Source: a virus (taxonomy: Duplodnaviria; Caudoviricetes). From it: a stretch of DNA of 35,541 bases. The DNA lies in the IMG/VR virus record IMGVR_UViG_3300007622_000001, positions 1 to 35,541 of that record; one strand, 5' to 3'. The notes beneath the pieces are model-generated. The model ran no database searches, was not told the DNA's origin, and worked only from the letters and a program-made list of their open reading frames with translations. Both the position numbers and the translations under genes were made by a program. Shown piece by piece: positions 30,062-35,541 of the stretch (the stretch's first letter is position 1; each line of letters begins with the position of its first letter).

Positions 30062-31014
30062 TTATGCTAACGTCAAACTGCCGCTTGCATTGAATGTCCA
30101 AATTGTATAACTTCCAGAAGTGCTTGACGTGCCAATTGTTGCGGTGACACTAATTCCTGTTGCATCTGCTGTTAAGTATCTTATAATAACGACACCTGAA
30201 CCACCGTTAGCGCCAATACCAGAACTACCTGAGAATCCACCAGCTCTATATCCACCGCCACCACCACCGCCAGTATTTGCTGAACCAGCTGTTGCAACAC
30301 CAGTACCACCGCTTGGTGCTGCTGCACCACCGCCTGCTGTGGCATTACCGTTTCCACCAGAGGTCCAGAAAGCACCACCGCCACCGCCACCTCTAGAAAC
30401 AGCAGAACCAGTGATTGAAGAACTCACTCCAGCACCACCGTCACCGTCTTGTGCACTTGCTGCAGTTGTGCCATTTTTACCTACACCACCTGCACCGCCA
30501 CCACCGCCACCTGAACCGGAAGAGCCACCAGCGCCACCGCCGTTGCCTCCGGCATAACCTTGGTTGGCTGTTCCAGCTGCGCCTGTGTTGGTTGTCCCAT
30601 ATCCACCACCACCACCTGAACCACCTACTGTTGGTGCATATGCTGTAACTGAATTAGAACCACCTCTACCACCACCAGTTGAAGTTATAGTTGTTATTCC
30701 AGAGCCAGAAATTGAAGAATTACCTCCAGCAGTTGCTGGAGTCGAAGCATCTATTCCACCGTTACCACCTGCACCTACGGTAACCGTGTATGTTGCGTTT
30801 ATCAAATTTATACTTGATTCTGCTGATGCACCTCCGCCAGAACTTTCACCAGAAACTGAACATCTATATCCACCTGCACCTCCGCCTGCTGCTTCCCATC
30901 CTTGCGAATAAGAACAGCCTCCACCGCCTCCGCCTGCAATCACCAAATACTCTACATTTAGACTGAGGGTAGATGATATTTGTGATGCTTGATAACCAAG
31001 AGTAATATTAGGCA

Positions 31015-31015
<1 letters not shown>
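30062..31015 (-). CDS. Glycine-rich-domain protein (adhesin/fibre tip candidate)
   Basis: VEYLVIAGGGGGG, YTVTVGAGG, ANTGGGGGG, GGSGVVIIRY. Confidence 0.8.
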
Positions 31016-33144
<2,129 letters not shown>

Positions 33145-33693
33145 TTAAAATCCTCTTCTTTTTATAATATCTCTTCTTTGGTCAAGTACATATTCTGCTG
33201 GTGATGTTCCAGCTGCACCTTGACTTGCGTCAAAGGTTCCTACGGCTACTACACAAGAACCAGTAGCTGCCGCTGAGCTAACATTACTTGCTACTTTAGA
33301 ATAAGTAAATGTTGTTGTGGTTGGTACTGTTGCTATTCTATACGTTCCATCAAACGTAGTGTCAATATTAGAAACATAAACGCTTTGTCCTACGGCGAAT
33401 CCATGGGCAACTGGCGTTGTTAATGTGGCAATATTTGATGTCAATGCTTTATTAGAAACTGTAACTCCTGCTGCCAGTGGTGTGGCATCTGGTGCAATGA
33501 GATAGTGGAATTGAATTGATAAAGCCGCGCCGCCATCAACAATTGTTTCATCTTGGTGGTCAACGAGCAATTGGTCCTGCTGATTCTGCAACTCTCTTTT
33601 TAAAGTTGTCATCATGCGCGATATAGTAACGTTACTACGTCCTTGCAGAACGTCATTACCCGGCGCAGTCCAAACGGCTCTGATAACAATCAC
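33145..33693 (-). CDS. Virion-associated protein with small beta domain
   Basis: ATLTT..AHGF.VGQ.V.V......DGTY.I..V....FTY module common in phage structural proteins. Confidence 0.6.
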   Translation of the reverse strand: MIVIRAVWTAPGNDVLQGRSNVTISRMMTTLKRELQNQQDQLLVDHQDETIVDGGAALSIQFHYLIAPDATPLAAGVTVSNKALTSNIATLTTPVAHGFAVGQSVYVSNIDTTFDGTYRIATVPTTTTFTYSKVASNVSSAAATGSCVVAVGTFDASQGAAGTSPAEYVLDQRRDIIKRRGF

Positions 33694-34145
33694 CCAACCT
33701 TTTCAATTGACATGGTAGGAAGCACACTTACTTTCTTAGTTTGATTCTGAGTTATTTCTAATATAGCTGCTTGCAATTCGGCATCACTTAATTCTTTAAT
33801 TGAAGTTTCAGTTTTAATATTAAGAGTCTGCGACTGCTGAATATAACCAGTTGCCTTTAAATAAAGTTCGGCACTTTTGGTGTCACCAGAGATTCCTTTA
33901 ATGTAAATTGCATCAAGTAACTTCTGAGTTCTTTCAGGGCTTTGGGACATTCCTTCGACGCCAAGTTTCCAACGCTCTATAAACTGTTTTTTCTTTTCCC
34001 AAGTTCCTAATGTATTAAAATGTACACCATGTTCTTCGGACCAAGCCTTCTTCGTGCTAGGCATTCTAGAGTCTTCAGGGGTCAGCAGCCAGGCAAGATA
34101 TGCTTCTTGTTCTTGTGAAAGGAATAAGTTTTCTGTTCTGGCCAT
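33690..34145 (-). CDS. Terminase small subunit-like HTH protein
   Basis: QEAYLAWLLTP, HGVHFNTLGTWEK HTH, GDTKSAELYL; first gene of the late operon. Confidence 0.7.
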   Translation of the reverse strand: MARTENLFLSQEQEAYLAWLLTPEDSRMPSTKKAWSEEHGVHFNTLGTWEKKKQFIERWKLGVEGMSQSPERTQKLLDAIYIKGISGDTKSAELYLKATGYIQQSQTLNIKTETSIKELSDAELQAAILEITQNQTKKVSVLPTMSIEKVG

Positions 34146-34171
34146 TAGGCATTATCCTTCTGATTAAATGT

Positions 34172-34199
34172 GTCCTACATAGTATATAAAATATTTTAC
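34172..34199 (-). promoter_or_regulatory. Conserved late-promoter-like motif, copy upstream of TerS
   Basis: GTAAAA TATTTT ATAT ACTATG TAGGAC. Confidence 0.55.
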
Positions 34200-34249
34200 A
34201 TAGATTTGGTGATATATCACAAGTATATCAGATAATACTGTGTTTTGTC

Positions 34250-34279
34250 TTGACAAGGCATTACTATGACTGCTATAAT
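34250..34279 (+). promoter_or_regulatory. Consensus sigma70/SigA promoter
   Basis: TTGACA (34250-34255), 18 bp, TG-c-TATAAT (-10 at 34274-34279). Confidence 0.85.
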
Positions 34280-34413
34280 GAACTTCTTACTTCTAGGAAC
34301 TGCAGAAGAAAGAAGAGAAGTTATAATAACTTCTTCTACTTCTTAAGCTTCTTGAGCAGTAAGAAGTTAACTTCAAACGGATAATACTATCACAAAATAA
34401 GGAGAAAGCCAAA

Positions 34414-34872
34414 ATGGCCGCAGAAACAATTAAATTCAGATTAGGTAAGAACCCATTAATTAAAGAGAAGATTATAATATTAGAAGAAACAGATGGAAGA
34501 AAAGCAGTCATCTTCCCGCAATACAGAATTAAAGAAGACATACAGCATGCTGAGGTTGCCAAAGAAGGAGAACTGTTAGACCTTACCGGCAAGTGGGGTG
34601 TAGACAAGAAGTCAGGCGCACCGCAATTTTTTGTAGATTCAGCATACAATGCCGCATATACAGCACCTTACGTATTTGAAAATAAACCTAAGACTAAAGT
34701 ATATAAGGCAGATGAAGTGGATCCAGTTAACGACTTCATTATCGGTGGCCTTTCCACAGGTGGTAAGCCTATAGTAGCTTCAGACCCTAAAGAAGATAAG
34801 AAGCAATATTATACTGACGGCGACTGGTACTGGTATCAAGGCAACGCCCACAAAACACCTACGAGTTTTTAA
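34414..34872 (+). CDS. Hypothetical early protein, 152 aa (possibly OB-fold-like N-domain)
   Basis: TAAGGAG RBS; first gene after the consensus promoter; fold guess is weak. Confidence 0.7.
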   Translation: MAAETIKFRLGKNPLIKEKIIILEETDGRKAVIFPQYRIKEDIQHAEVAKEGELLDLTGKWGVDKKSGAPQFFVDSAYNAAYTAPYVFENKPKTKVYKADEVDPVNDFIIGGLSTGGKPIVASDPKEDKKQYYTDGDWYWYQGNAHKTPTSF

Positions 34873-34885
34873 TTTTTTTTATTTT

Positions 34886-35248
34886 ATGAGAACTATACCA
34901 TTAAATATAAGAATAGAAAACGCCGTAAAGAAAACGGACAGTAACTGCTGGCTTCTCAAACCCCACAAGGGCTGTAATGGGTATGCCAAGTTAGAAATAC
35001 GAGGAGTGTACAAACGAGCACACAGAGTGGCCTACGAAACATATGTCGGATCCATCCCTGAAAAGATGATGGTCTTACACCATTGCGATATTAGGAACTG
35101 TGTTAACCCTGAACATCTATGGATTGGTACTGCCAAGCAGAACACTGATGATATGATTAAAAAAGGTAGGTCACGATTTGTAGGTAGACCTAAGAAGCTA
35201 CAGGATTTTGAAATAGACAAAATCTCTGATACAATAGAAGCCTCTTAG
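34886..35248 (+). CDS. HNH homing-endonuclease-like protein
   Basis: CW..., GYA, RAHRVAYE, VLHHCDIRNCVNPEHLWIGT..QN..DM..KGR. Confidence 0.92.
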   Translation: MRTIPLNIRIENAVKKTDSNCWLLKPHKGCNGYAKLEIRGVYKRAHRVAYETYVGSIPEKMMVLHHCDIRNCVNPEHLWIGTAKQNTDDMIKKGRSRFVGRPKKLQDFEIDKISDTIEAS

Positions 35249-35354
35249 GAAAGCCCTGAGAGACCTTAGGAGCAATCCTAAGGTACATAATCAGTGATGA
35301 TGAACTAAATAGTAACGAACTACTTCTATGGGATTAGAGCAGTTCTCTCGAAGG

Positions 35355-35390
35355 AAAGGGCCAGGGATTAACTTCTCTGGTCTTTTTCTT
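35355..35390 (+). terminator. Intrinsic terminator
   Basis: AGGGCCAGGGA-TTAACT-TCTCTGGTCTT stem (with G-U pairs) followed by a T-rich tail. Confidence 0.7.
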
Positions 35391-35500
35391 ATTATACCCT
35401 GAATGATATTTGGCATTGATAATAATAAACATAGGGCAGTACTTAAGGAAAAAGGGGGGGGGGGGTACCGGGAAAAGAAGGCGGCGGGGGGGTAAGGATT

Positions 35501-35541
35501 CTGAAGATATGCCGTATGTCCCTAGATAGATAGAGTATCTA
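35501..35541. repeat. 41-bp direct terminal repeat, right copy
   Basis: Exact match to positions 1-41. Confidence 0.95.

Noticed and set aside
34278-34649. 22-codon plus ORF at 34278 and 118-aa minus ORF 34293-34649
   Set aside because: The first starts inside the -10 box; the second is antisense to a gene with a strong RBS
35255-35290. Hammerhead ribozyme suggested by CTGAGAGA plus a hairpin
   Set aside because: Core does not match CUGANGA and no GAAA follows the stem
35329-35390. tRNA suggested by GGGATTAGAGCAGT
   Set aside because: No D-loop GG, anticodon arm or TTCG T-arm; the downstream part is better explained as a terminator
34886-35390. Group I intron hosting the HNH gene
   Set aside because: No interrupted exons and no P7-type conserved elements recognised

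Overview
The window looks like an entire ~35.5 kb tailed-phage genome assembled as a circle: bases 1-41 equal 35501-35541. It is AT-rich, with a podovirus-like morphogenesis set, and the host is probably a (freshwater) actinobacterium (inference). The minus strand (34145 to 7000) carries TerS, collagen-like fibres, a Gly-rich adhesin-like protein, a sulfotransferase, TerL, small basic proteins, portal, scaffold, capsid, adaptor and nozzle, ejection-like proteins, a holin and a secreted lysozyme-like enzyme. The plus strand (34414 across the junction to 7181) carries an HNH nuclease, small ORFs, a GT2-TPR-GT2 glycosyltransferase, a methyltransferase, a nuclease-like gene, an M15 peptidase, a sigma region-4 protein and a Zn-ribbon/HTH protein. 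I recognise no polymerase, primase, helicase, integrase, tRNA or CRISPR. The most striking signal is that three plus-strand genes within 2.2 kb are each broken by the same lesion: one extra C directly before a Gly codon, giving an in-frame CGG (4855, 5422, 6983). In a manual scan I found CGG in frame nowhere else. This is either a CGG-triggered +1 recoding system or a context-specific sequencing artefact. Other highlights are a conserved late-promoter-like motif in front of five virion gene blocks, a candidate fibre-glycosylation system, a duplicated fibre-tip/adhesin docking module, several structured non-coding elements and G-quadruplex-type runs at the junction. All family assignments come from motif recognition, not database searches.
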